Assembly (NCBI GenBank): GCA_030638325.1
Contig: DAOWEV010000113.1
Coordinates: 1 to 52,229 of the forward strand
Direction of reading: 5' to 3'
DNA length: 52,229 nt
From: Bacteroidales bacterium
Lineage (GTDB): Bacteria > Bacteroidota > Bacteroidia > Bacteroidales > JAGOPY01
Part shown: positions 33,807 through 41,999 of the stretch, in pieces
How the letters are laid out: each line of letters opens with the position of its first letter
Numbering within the stretch: the first letter of the stretch is position 1
Notes under the pieces: model-generated
What the model was told of the DNA's origin: nothing
What the model saw: the letters and a program-made list of their open reading frames with translations, nothing else
Database searches by the model: none
Position numbers and translations under genes: made by a program

Positions 33807-33973
33807 TTTAATTTGAATTAGAAATCAACTTTCTTTGATTATTGTTATGTTTATTTTTGTTATACATTAGGACTGTAGGACTGTAGGAATATTGGAATGT
33901 TGGAATCTTGGAATGTTGGAATCTTGGAATTGGACCCCATTCCATCCTACCATCCTACCATCATTCAGCGCCC
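33807..33973. repeat. Family-1 element, copy C, with a 12-unit octamer lattice (33870-33965)
   Basis: Shares TTTGTTATACAT and CCATCATTCAGCGCCC exactly with copy B. Confidence 0.8.
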
Positions 33974-33984
33974 AATGTGTAGAA

Positions 33985-34626
33985 TCACCCAACCAGCTCG
34001 TAAAACGCCCTGAATATCAAATATATACCGAAACCAACCAAGCCTATTCCTGCGAAACGATTGATCCATATGATATAATGAGGCTGAAAATATTTTTTAA
34101 TCTTATAGGCCATAAAACATTTCAACACATCTAATGAAACAATGATTAGCAGGGCCATTGAGAAAATTGTCACCAGCCCTGCGATGGATCCATTATAATT
34201 GCCCGTATAGCCAACAATTACTCCCATCCAGAAAATCCAGACGAAAGGATTGGTTATGTTGATGAAAAAACCCTTGAGTATATAGGTTATTGGACCTGGC
34301 TTGCTGACGGTGGTGTTCTGATCCTGGTTGTTTTTTTTGATATGAACTTTGCGGGTGTAAGTAACAACACCGAAAATGATGAGTAAGATACCCCCAATTA
34401 AGCCAAAAAGATATTGGTGGTCGGGTTTGTAAAACACTTGCACTGCACCAAGAAAACCCAGCCCAACCAGGGTCAGGTCACTTAGAAATACACCAAAAGC
34501 AAGTAGAACACCGGACCAGAACCCCCTGTGAATACTTGTTTGAATCAGAGCGAACAATACCGGCCCGAACCCAAAAACCAGTGATAAGGTCACACCAAGT
34601 ATTATCCCTTCAAGCAAAGATGACAT
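33985..34626 (-). CDS. LysE/RhtB-family amino-acid exporter
   Basis: Size, six TM segments and an N-terminal GIILG...GP motif are typical of the LysE family. Confidence 0.65.
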   Translation of the reverse strand: MSSLLEGIILGVTLSLVFGFGPVLFALIQTSIHRGFWSGVLLAFGVFLSDLTLVGLGFLGAVQVFYKPDHQYLFGLIGGILLIIFGVVTYTRKVHIKKNNQDQNTTVSKPGPITYILKGFFINITNPFVWIFWMGVIVGYTGNYNGSIAGLVTIFSMALLIIVSLDVLKCFMAYKIKKYFQPHYIIWINRFAGIGLVGFGIYLIFRAFYELVG

Positions 34627-36170
34627 TAATTATCTTGAAAATTAGTTTTTTTTAAATAAGTCTCCCATTCAACAAGCTGTTCTTTGTTGAGAACCCTTGG
34701 GAATTTATTTGCACCACCCTCTTTCCCGTGGATCTTCATCCATGTAGAAAAAGCACAGGAAGGCAGTATTTCAACAAAAACATCTTTAATGGCTGATATT
34801 CTCTCTACCCGGTAATCGTCATTCAAAACCTTCAGATATTCATCAATCTTTTCTTTTGCAACATCAGGATTGATATTATCATCAGTCCCCAGGTACCATC
34901 TATGTGCGAACATATTATCATAACTGATTCCGGCAACGGTAAATTCCCGGATTTCAACATTGAATTCGTCAGAAAACATACTGATGGCCCGGTTCATGTT
35001 CTCCTGCGATAAATGCTCACCACAAATACTCAGGAAATGCTTTGTACGACCGGTTATTATGATCTCACAGCATGCTGTAGAGGTAAATTTAATGGTGTCG
35101 CCGATAAGATAACGCCATGCGCCCGCACAATTTGACAATAAAAGTGCATATTCCTCACCATTTTTTACCTCATCTATGGTAAGAACCTGCGGATCCTTAA
35201 CAATATTGCCCTCTGTGTCGAAGTTCTTTCCATTGAACGGCACAAATTCATAGAACAGACCGTTATCTATAACCATTTCCATGACCCTTTCTTCGGGCCG
35301 TCTCTGGAATGCAATATAACCCTCTGAAGCAAGGTAAGACTCATTATATATTACAGGCTTTCCGAATAGCTTATGAAAACTTTTTTCATAAGGCTCAAAA
35401 GCCACACCGCTGTGTACATATACAGCAAGATTGGGCCAGATGTCATGAATTGTCTGAGCATTATAATGTTTAATAATCCTCTCCAGGATGATCTGGATCC
35501 AGGCCGGCACACCGACAATGACACCAATATCCCAGTCTTTGGCTGATTTGACAATCTCATCCACTTTGTTAGACCAATCCCTTTCTTTTGAGATCCTGCG
35601 GCCCGGTTTGTAAAAATGTTGAAACCAGAATGGAATGCTGTTGGCCGAAATACCCGACAGATCACCTTCATAATAAGTTCCGTTATAGTGCAGGTGGGTG
35701 CTTCCCCCGATCATTAAAATACCTTTATCGTAAAATTCAGCAGGAAAATCATAATTTACCGCAGTTACCAACTGCCTGATGCTTACCTTCCGGATGGCCC
35801 GGATCATGTCTTGCGTAACTGGAATATGTTTACTGGATGCTTCAGAAGTTCCCGATGTCAAGGCAAAGTATTTCACCCGGCCCGGCCAGGTAACAAAAGA
35901 CTCTCCGTTGAGCGCACGGTACCACCAATTGCGGAACATGGAATTATAATTCCAGGTTGGAACGCCATCCTGAAATGCTTTAACAATATCATCACTTTTT
36001 AAAATCTCTGCGAATCCGTAATGTTCTCCGAAAAAAGTGAGTTGAGCCTTCTTGAGCAATTTTTTAAGTACCAGAACCTGTGCCTTATAAGGATCAATTT
36101 TCCTTTTCTTCTTGCTCGGAAGATTCCTTATTTCGTAAGCTTTCTTTACAATTGATCCCAGTATAGGCAT
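34626..36170 (-). CDS. GH3-family (acyl-acid amido synthetase-like) protein
   Basis: FALTSGTSEASSKHIPVT adenylation-type motif and the overall Bacteroidota GH3 auxin-responsive promoter family pattern. TATTTTTG box at 36200-36207 (minus). Confidence 0.75.
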   Translation of the reverse strand: MPILGSIVKKAYEIRNLPSKKKRKIDPYKAQVLVLKKLLKKAQLTFFGEHYGFAEILKSDDIVKAFQDGVPTWNYNSMFRNWWYRALNGESFVTWPGRVKYFALTSGTSEASSKHIPVTQDMIRAIRKVSIRQLVTAVNYDFPAEFYDKGILMIGGSTHLHYNGTYYEGDLSGISANSIPFWFQHFYKPGRRISKERDWSNKVDEIVKSAKDWDIGVIVGVPAWIQIILERIIKHYNAQTIHDIWPNLAVYVHSGVAFEPYEKSFHKLFGKPVIYNESYLASEGYIAFQRRPEERVMEMVIDNGLFYEFVPFNGKNFDTEGNIVKDPQVLTIDEVKNGEEYALLLSNCAGAWRYLIGDTIKFTSTACCEIIITGRTKHFLSICGEHLSQENMNRAISMFSDEFNVEIREFTVAGISYDNMFAHRWYLGTDDNINPDVAKEKIDEYLKVLNDDYRVERISAIKDVFVEILPSCAFSTWMKIHGKEGGANKFPRVLNKEQLVEWETYLKKTNFQDN

Positions 36171-36199
36171 TTGGAAACGGGGGTTAATGAATGTGTTGG

Positions 36200-36207
36200 C
36201 AAAAATA
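36200..36207 (-). promoter_or_regulatory. Candidate -7 box TATTTTTG (minus strand)
   Basis: 29 nt upstream of GH3 ATG 36170. Confidence 0.4.
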
Positions 36208-36250
36208 TAAAAATTATTTGGTTAATTTTACAATCCTTAAAATCTCGAAA

Positions 36251-37321
36251 ATGGACGGTTTTTTTCATAAATTCATTATCCTGATCACGGTCTTACTAAT
36301 AGTTGCTTTTGTTGTTGTATTTTTTGTAATAGTACTGGCTGCAGTCACAAATTACCATCCTGAAGATATTGAAGAACGTGAAGTTTTCGGGAAAGAAAAT
36401 AAAATCCGGATGACTGGTGATGAACTTAATTTTATGACTTGGAATATAGGCTATTGCGGCCTGGGCCTGGAAATGAATTTCTTTTATGATGGCGGAAGAA
36501 TGGTACGGCCGGATAAACAGCAATACCTGAAATATCAAAAAGGGATACAAGATTACTTGCGGGAACAGGATACCATTGATTTTATTTGTATTCAGGAAGT
36601 AGATGTGTATTCAAAACGTAGTTATTTCAGCGATCAGTGGCAATGGTTCCTGCAAAACCTGGAGGGTCATTATGGGACCTTTGCTTTTAACTATGATGTC
36701 CGCTTTGTTCCTTTGCCGGTCTGGAACCCTATGGGAAGGGTGAGATCCGGCCTCTCCACCTTTTCTCGTTACGAACCGGAAAGTGCTGAAAGATACGCCT
36801 TTAAAGGTAACTATCGTTGGCCAATGAGATGGTTCATGCTAGACCGGTGTTTTATTAAATCCGTTTTTTCGCTTGAAAGCGGCAGAAAACTGGTGCTCCT
36901 AAATACTCATAATTCTGCTTTTGATGATGGGTCACTGCGTCAGGAACAATTGGAAGTGCTCAGGAGGGTGATGATAAGTGAATATGAAAAAGGAAATTTT
37001 GTGGTCACCTGCGGTGACTGGAATATGAATCCACCCGGATTCTATGCATGGAAAATACACAATGGAGATATGGTGAAGACAGTTCTTCCGTCTATAGAAA
37101 ATGATTATCTTCCGGAAGGATGGAAATGGGCTTTCGATCCCAAAACCCCGACCAATAGAGAACTCATTGAATCATACCTGAAAACAAGAACTGCTACTAC
37201 CATTATTGATTTTTTTGTATTCTCTCCAAATATGGAATTACTGGAAGTTCATACCGGTGACCTTGGATTTGAAGATTCGGATCATAATCCGGTTTTTTTG
37301 AAAGTTCGGCTGAGGGAGTAA
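36251..37321 (+). CDS. Endonuclease/exonuclease/phosphatase (EEP) family protein, membrane anchored
   Basis: WNIGYCG, QEVD, LNTHNSAFDDG, GDWNMNP and SDHNP motifs. The start is moved to ATG 36251 (MDGFFHKF, TM anchor). Confidence 0.7.
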   Translation: MDGFFHKFIILITVLLIVAFVVVFFVIVLAAVTNYHPEDIEEREVFGKENKIRMTGDELNFMTWNIGYCGLGLEMNFFYDGGRMVRPDKQQYLKYQKGIQDYLREQDTIDFICIQEVDVYSKRSYFSDQWQWFLQNLEGHYGTFAFNYDVRFVPLPVWNPMGRVRSGLSTFSRYEPESAERYAFKGNYRWPMRWFMLDRCFIKSVFSLESGRKLVLLNTHNSAFDDGSLRQEQLEVLRRVMISEYEKGNFVVTCGDWNMNPPGFYAWKIHNGDMVKTVLPSIENDYLPEGWKWAFDPKTPTNRELIESYLKTRTATTIIDFFVFSPNMELLEVHTGDLGFEDSDHNPVFLKVRLRE

Positions 37322-37401
37322 GCGAAGAGGCGAGAGGGCGAAGAGGCGAGAGGGCGAAAAGGCGAAGAGGCGAAGAGGCGAAAGGGCGAGAGGGCGAGAG
37401 G
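37322..37401. repeat. Octamer array, 10 units of GCGAAGAG / GCGAGAGG / GCGAAAGG
   Basis: It begins at the base after the EEP stop codon and keeps an unbroken 8-nt register. Confidence 0.9.
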
Positions 37402-37463
37402 GCGATTTGAGTGCATTTTGAGAAGATCGGTAGCCTGATTAATTCATGACACCTTAAGGGCAA

Positions 37464-37528
37464 GTCAGAAGTCCGAAGACAGGAGACGGGAGCTGTTAAA
37501 AAACTTCGGACTCCGGACTTCCGACTTC
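37464..37528. repeat. Hairpin built from family-2 words (AGAAGTCCGAAG / CTTCGGACT)
   Basis: AGTCCGAAG (37470-37478) is complementary to CTTCGGACT (37504-37512). It lies between convergent genes. Confidence 0.65.
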
Positions 37529-37538
37529 AACGAGCAGC

Positions 37539-38663
37539 TTAGATAAAAAGTTCCGAGGCAATACCATCTGCAAACAGTTTTCCATGTTCGGTCAGAAAAA
37601 CCCTATTCCCATTCTTCAATAGTTTTCCTTCATGAATAAATTTTTGAGACGATTTCCGGAAACTGTCACAGTATGTTTTTCCGAACACATTCTGAATGTG
37701 CTCCAGATCACAACCCCAGTGAGTACGGAGAGACGTCATGACATACTCATTGTATTTCTGATCATTGGAAAGGAATTCTTTTTCCATAATTGTATTTTGG
37801 TAATCCCCCAGTTGAATATATTTCGGCAGGCTTGAAACATTCCACTGCCGGGAATGACCGTTGTAGGAGTGGGCTGAAGGGCCTAATCCCAGGTAATTGC
37901 CTCCAAGCCAGTATATACTGTTATGCCTGGAATAAAAGCCTGCCCTGCTGAAATTTGATATCTCATAATGAATAAAATCATGATGTTTTGTTTTTTCGAG
38001 GAGGGTCTTGAACTGATCAACAGAGGCCTGCTCATCTGGCGCCCGGGTTTTTTCTTTACGGATGAGCTGGTGCAGAGCAGTTTTCGGCTCAACAGTCAAG
38101 GCATAAGCAGAAAGATGCGGGAGATCAAAGCTGAAAAACCGATCCAGGTTTTGTTCCCATTTAACATCTGTGAGGGTTGGTATTCCATATATCAGGTCAA
38201 TGGTAAGATTTTCAAAGCCGTGATCCTGTGCTGTCTTAATGGATCCCTCAGACTGAGAAGCATTATGGATCCTGTTCAGGTATTGCAGGTCTGCATCAAA
38301 GAATGATTGCACCCCTATGCTCAAACGGTTGATGGGTGTACCGGAAAGCATTTTGATCTTCGGGGTATCCAGGTCATCAGGATTTGCTTCAAGGGTGATC
38401 TCGGCGTTTTTTGAAATCTCATGCAGACTATAAATTTTATCAAGGATGAGTAAAAGTTCTTTTTCAACTAATAAGGAAGGTGTCCCGCCGCCAAAATAAA
38501 TGGTATTGACAATCTCTCCTTCCAGGTAATCTTGCTGTATTTCAGCCTCTTTCAATAAAATCTTCAGAAAAGCTTCTCTCTGCCTGTCAGAAGCCACGGA
38601 AAAAAAATTGCAATAATGACATTTACGTTTACAAAATGGAATATGGATATAAATGCCGGCCAT
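37539..38663 (-). CDS. hemW: Radical SAM heme chaperone HemW (HemN-like)
   Basis: IYIHIPFCKRKCHYCNF CxxxCxxC motif plus a HemN C-terminal domain. Confidence 0.85.
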   Translation of the reverse strand: MAGIYIHIPFCKRKCHYCNFFSVASDRQREAFLKILLKEAEIQQDYLEGEIVNTIYFGGGTPSLLVEKELLLILDKIYSLHEISKNAEITLEANPDDLDTPKIKMLSGTPINRLSIGVQSFFDADLQYLNRIHNASQSEGSIKTAQDHGFENLTIDLIYGIPTLTDVKWEQNLDRFFSFDLPHLSAYALTVEPKTALHQLIRKEKTRAPDEQASVDQFKTLLEKTKHHDFIHYEISNFSRAGFYSRHNSIYWLGGNYLGLGPSAHSYNGHSRQWNVSSLPKYIQLGDYQNTIMEKEFLSNDQKYNEYVMTSLRTHWGCDLEHIQNVFGKTYCDSFRKSSQKFIHEGKLLKNGNRVFLTEHGKLFADGIASELFI

Positions 38664-38667
38664 CTGA

Positions 38668-40176
38668 TCACTTCTTCAGGACGATCCTGATCACTGTACC
38701 ACTATTTATGACAGAAGACCTGACGAATATTTTGCCTTTGTGATAATCATGGATGATGCGTTTGGAAAGAGATAATCCCAGTCCCCAGCCCCTTTTCTTA
38801 CTGGTATATCCCGGATTGAAGATAGATTTAAAGTGTGATTTGTGAATACCCTTGCCGGTATCTCGCACATCGATAACTACCTGTTTTTCTTCATCCATAA
38901 TATTAATGAAAATAGAACCAACACTGTTCATTGCGTCTACAGCATTCTTGCAAAGGTTTTCGATGACCCATTCGAAAAGATGTTTATTCAGAGGAACAAG
39001 CACTTTTGTTTTGGCTGCGGGAGAAATATTGTAATTTATCTTACTGGAAGTGCGGGGCTTTAAATAGTCGACAGAGTCATATATAACATCAATAACATTA
39101 TGGATTTCAAGATTGGCCGGAGACCCGATCTTGGAGAACCGGTCAGTAATAATTTCAAGCCTGTTAATATCCTTTTCCATTTCTTTAATCCCCTCATATT
39201 CAATCCCTTTCATTTTAAGCAATTCCAGCCAGGCCATGAGTGACGACAGTGGTGTTCCGAGTTGGTGGGCCGTTTCCTTTGACATCCCTATCCATACCAG
39301 GTTCTGTTCGGCCTTCCTGGCCATACTAAACAATAAATAGGCAATAAAGAGAAACAAACCAATGATCATAAATTGAACGTATGGATAATACATGATCTGT
39401 GTCAAAAGATCAGAATCCATGTAAAAAATATAGGTTTTTCCCACCTCCGGGAGTTCAATTTCGATCGGGTCATTCTCTTCGGCCATTTCATCCACAAAAC
39501 TTTTCACATATTCCGGATCATCCAGTTTTTCTTTGTCTACATTCCCCGATTCGAAAATATTTTGCCTGGTGCTGTCAGTGATCACTACCGGAACGGAAGC
39601 GGAATTGCCGGCAACTTCAGAGAAGAACGATAAGATCAGATCATCCAGCACCGTTCGCAGCTCCGTATAGATCTTCGACTCCTTAAAATATAACAATCCA
39701 TAATCGCTGCCGGTATAATTGATCCTGATCGGGTCGAAAGTGGAGAATTCAACCTTCAGGCTATCAGTCATAAATTTTGTGTTTTCTATTTCCGGGTCAT
39801 CAATATTCCGGTAGCTGGTGATGATACTGTCGCCGAAAGTGAGTATGACCGGGATAGTAGTGTTCATTTCCATGATCCGCCGGTAGAACTCCAGCGACTG
39901 AGATTGGTCTTCGGACATGAAATTCCGGTAGGCTGTGGCCAGGATTTCGGCTCGTTTCTGTTCTTCCTCCCGGATCTGCTCAAAAAACCGGGTTGTGTAA
40001 TTTACAAGCTCGGCCTTCTGGCGGATAGCGTTGGCCCAGATCCTGATGTTTTGTCTTTCATCCATGGCAATTTCTCTGACCAGCCGGTTAGTATACCATA
40101 ATGATACTACTATGATCGCTGCTGCAAGAGCAAACAACATCCATTTCCACCTTCTTTTTTTGTAATAGATCTGCAC
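38668..40176 (-). CDS. Sensor histidine kinase (orphan; no response regulator adjacent)
   Basis: Two TM segments flanking an extracytoplasmic domain, HisKA H-box (ETAHQLGTPLSSL), and HATPase N and G boxes (NAVDA, DTGKGI, GWGLGLS). Confidence 0.8.
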   Translation of the reverse strand: MQIYYKKRRWKWMLFALAAAIIVVSLWYTNRLVREIAMDERQNIRIWANAIRQKAELVNYTTRFFEQIREEEQKRAEILATAYRNFMSEDQSQSLEFYRRIMEMNTTIPVILTFGDSIITSYRNIDDPEIENTKFMTDSLKVEFSTFDPIRINYTGSDYGLLYFKESKIYTELRTVLDDLILSFFSEVAGNSASVPVVITDSTRQNIFESGNVDKEKLDDPEYVKSFVDEMAEENDPIEIELPEVGKTYIFYMDSDLLTQIMYYPYVQFMIIGLFLFIAYLLFSMARKAEQNLVWIGMSKETAHQLGTPLSSLMAWLELLKMKGIEYEGIKEMEKDINRLEIITDRFSKIGSPANLEIHNVIDVIYDSVDYLKPRTSSKINYNISPAAKTKVLVPLNKHLFEWVIENLCKNAVDAMNSVGSIFINIMDEEKQVVIDVRDTGKGIHKSHFKSIFNPGYTSKKRGWGLGLSLSKRIIHDYHKGKIFVRSSVINSGTVIRIVLKK

Positions 40177-40186
40177 TAAGAGTATC

Positions 40187-40396
40187 TTTTAATTTGAAAT
40201 CCACTTTCTTTGACGGTTGTAATATTGGACTGCAGGACTGTAAGACTGTCCTACCATCCTACCATCCTACCATCCTACTATCCTACTATCCTACCGTCTT
40301 ACCATCCTACCGTCCTACCGTCCTACCATCCTACCATCCTATCGTCCTACCGTCCTACCGTCATTCAACGCCACCTTCTTAAAGAGAGGATTTTTA
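40187..40396. repeat. Family-1 element, copy D, with 14 in-phase CCTACCAT/CCTACCGT/CCTACTAT octamers (40250-40361)
   Basis: Termini TTTAATTTGAAATCCACTTTCTTTGA and TCATTCAACGCCACCTTCTTAAAGAGAGGATTTT. Units counted base by base. Confidence 0.85.
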
Positions 40397-40474
40397 AATA
40401 CAAACGGCCAGGAACTTAAATTATTTGGTATAAAATTAGAAAAAAATCAGCAAATGAGACCCAACTCCCAATTT

Positions 40475-40555
40475 CTTCACACCCTTCACATCTCACACTT
40501 CCCATCTTCGGTCTTCCGACTTCCGACTTCGGACTTTTATCTTCCATCTTCCATT
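40475..40555. repeat. CTTCACAC word block, then the 18-mer core, then ATCTTCC words
   Basis: CTTCGGTCTTCCGACTTC at 40506-40523. Confidence 0.8.
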
Positions 40556-40603
40556 AAATTCGCAACAACACCCTTTTTTGTATCTTTATGAAAAAATAAA
40601 GCA

Positions 40604-41464
40604 ATGATAACAATTGGGAAAACTACATTTATAGGACTGATGCTTATACTCTTAAATCAGGCATTTTGCCAGGATGAAAGCATTATTATATCAGGCAAAC
40701 TGGAAAAAGCCTGGGAAACAGATAAAATTTTCAAAGTGCCTGAATCTGTATGTTACGATCCGGAAAATAAAATATTGTACATTTCCAATATCAACGGAAA
40801 CCCCTCGGCAAAAGATGGCAATGGTTTCATTTCAATGATGTCGCTTGAAGGAGAAGTACTTGATCTGGAATGGGTCAAAGGCCTGGACGCACCAAAGGGG
40901 ATGGGTGTTCAGAATGGTTACCTTTATGTGACTGACATTGACAAACTGGTGAAGATCAGCATCTCAGAAGGGAAAATCCTGCAGAAATACCCGGCAGTTA
41001 ATGCAAAATTTTTAAATGACATAGCTATTGGCAAGAAGGATTATGTATATGTTACAGATATGCAAAACACCACAATTTATCGCTATAAAGATGGTGAATT
41101 CTTTGTGTGGATGGACGATGAAATACTTACTTCACCAAACGGGTTATATATTGATGATGATTTCTTATTCGTGGGATGTAAGAAGATCATAAAAATAAAC
41201 ACAGATGATAAATCATGGGAAATAATCGCGGGTGGCACTGGCGGCATTGACGGTTTGGAAAGATTACCGGATGGAAATTTTGTCTTTTCTGATTGGCAGG
41301 GCCATGTTTACCTGTCAGATAATGAAGGAACCATAACAGAGATCCTCGATACTACACCTGCCGGAATAAACGCTGCCGACATCGAATTCATCCCGGAACA
41401 AAGCTTATTGTTAATCCCGACATTTTTTGACAACAGGATAATGGCCTACAAACTGACCCAATGA
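40604..41464 (+). CDS. Secreted beta-propeller protein (SMP-30/gluconolactonase/LRE-like)
   Basis: Signal peptide and repeated blade-like segments (PESVCYDP..LYISN, APKGMGV..LYVTD, SPNGLYID). The assignment is by pattern only. Confidence 0.45.
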   Translation: MITIGKTTFIGLMLILLNQAFCQDESIIISGKLEKAWETDKIFKVPESVCYDPENKILYISNINGNPSAKDGNGFISMMSLEGEVLDLEWVKGLDAPKGMGVQNGYLYVTDIDKLVKISISEGKILQKYPAVNAKFLNDIAIGKKDYVYVTDMQNTTIYRYKDGEFFVWMDDEILTSPNGLYIDDDFLFVGCKKIIKINTDDKSWEIIAGGTGGIDGLERLPDGNFVFSDWQGHVYLSDNEGTITEILDTTPAGINAADIEFIPEQSLLLIPTFFDNRIMAYKLTQ

Positions 41465-41474
41465 TTCCTGTTCA

Positions 41475-41499
41475 ATAACGGACATTATCTGCCCGTTAT
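41475..41499 (+). terminator. Weak hairpin after the beta-propeller gene
   Basis: ATAACGG-(11 nt)-CCGTTAT, a 7-bp stem with no clear U tract. Confidence 0.3.
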
Positions 41500-41663
41500 C
41501 ATACAATTCCTGTTTTTCTCAATCCATATTATTTTACCTAATATATTGTGTGTCAAAACAATGAGATTTTTGGCATAAATATTTGTCATATATATTGTAA
41601 AAGATTTTAACCCGAATGAAAACAAGAAAAAATATAAATAAAAAATATAGTTTTTTTTATATG

Positions 41664-41794
41664 ACCAGGTTTGGACCCGGGGGCAAGCTCCTAAGCGCAA
41701 AACATTATCTTCCAACCGCTAATTTGGTTAATACTATAAGGAATAACACCTTCATTCCCTCCTTCTCGCTGCCTGAGGGTCCATCCTACCTGGT
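41664..41794 (+). ncRNA. Candidate structured RNA / 5' leader element upstream of the tolC-ABC operon (strand uncertain)
   Basis: Closing helix ACCAGG/CCTGGT plus GGACCC/GGGTCC, and internal hairpins GGAAT-(9)-ATTCC and CCAA-(8)-TTGG. I recognise no known family. Confidence 0.25.
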
Positions 41795-41999
41795 TTTGTC
41801 TCCGATAGCAGTGATGATATGATAAGATGTAACTATTGTTCGGTTTTGAACAATTGTGTATTTGAATGAACACTAATTGAAACACACACACTAACAATTA
41901 ATCATAAAATATATAATATCAGTAGATTATAAAAATGGCACACTTTTAGCTATTACGTAGGACTGTTATTCTCAATTACCAAATTAAACTGATAAAAAA

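Noticed and set aside
37203-37463. An 86-aa minus-strand ORF (SPLRLFALSPLRP...).
   Set aside because: It is a translation of the GCGAAGAG/GCGAGAGG octamer array and overlaps the EEP gene's 3' end.
40194-40419. Two overlapping ORFs encoding PTILPSYH-type repeats.
   Set aside because: They are direct translations of the 14-unit octamer array. There is no start context and the reading frames are interchangeable.
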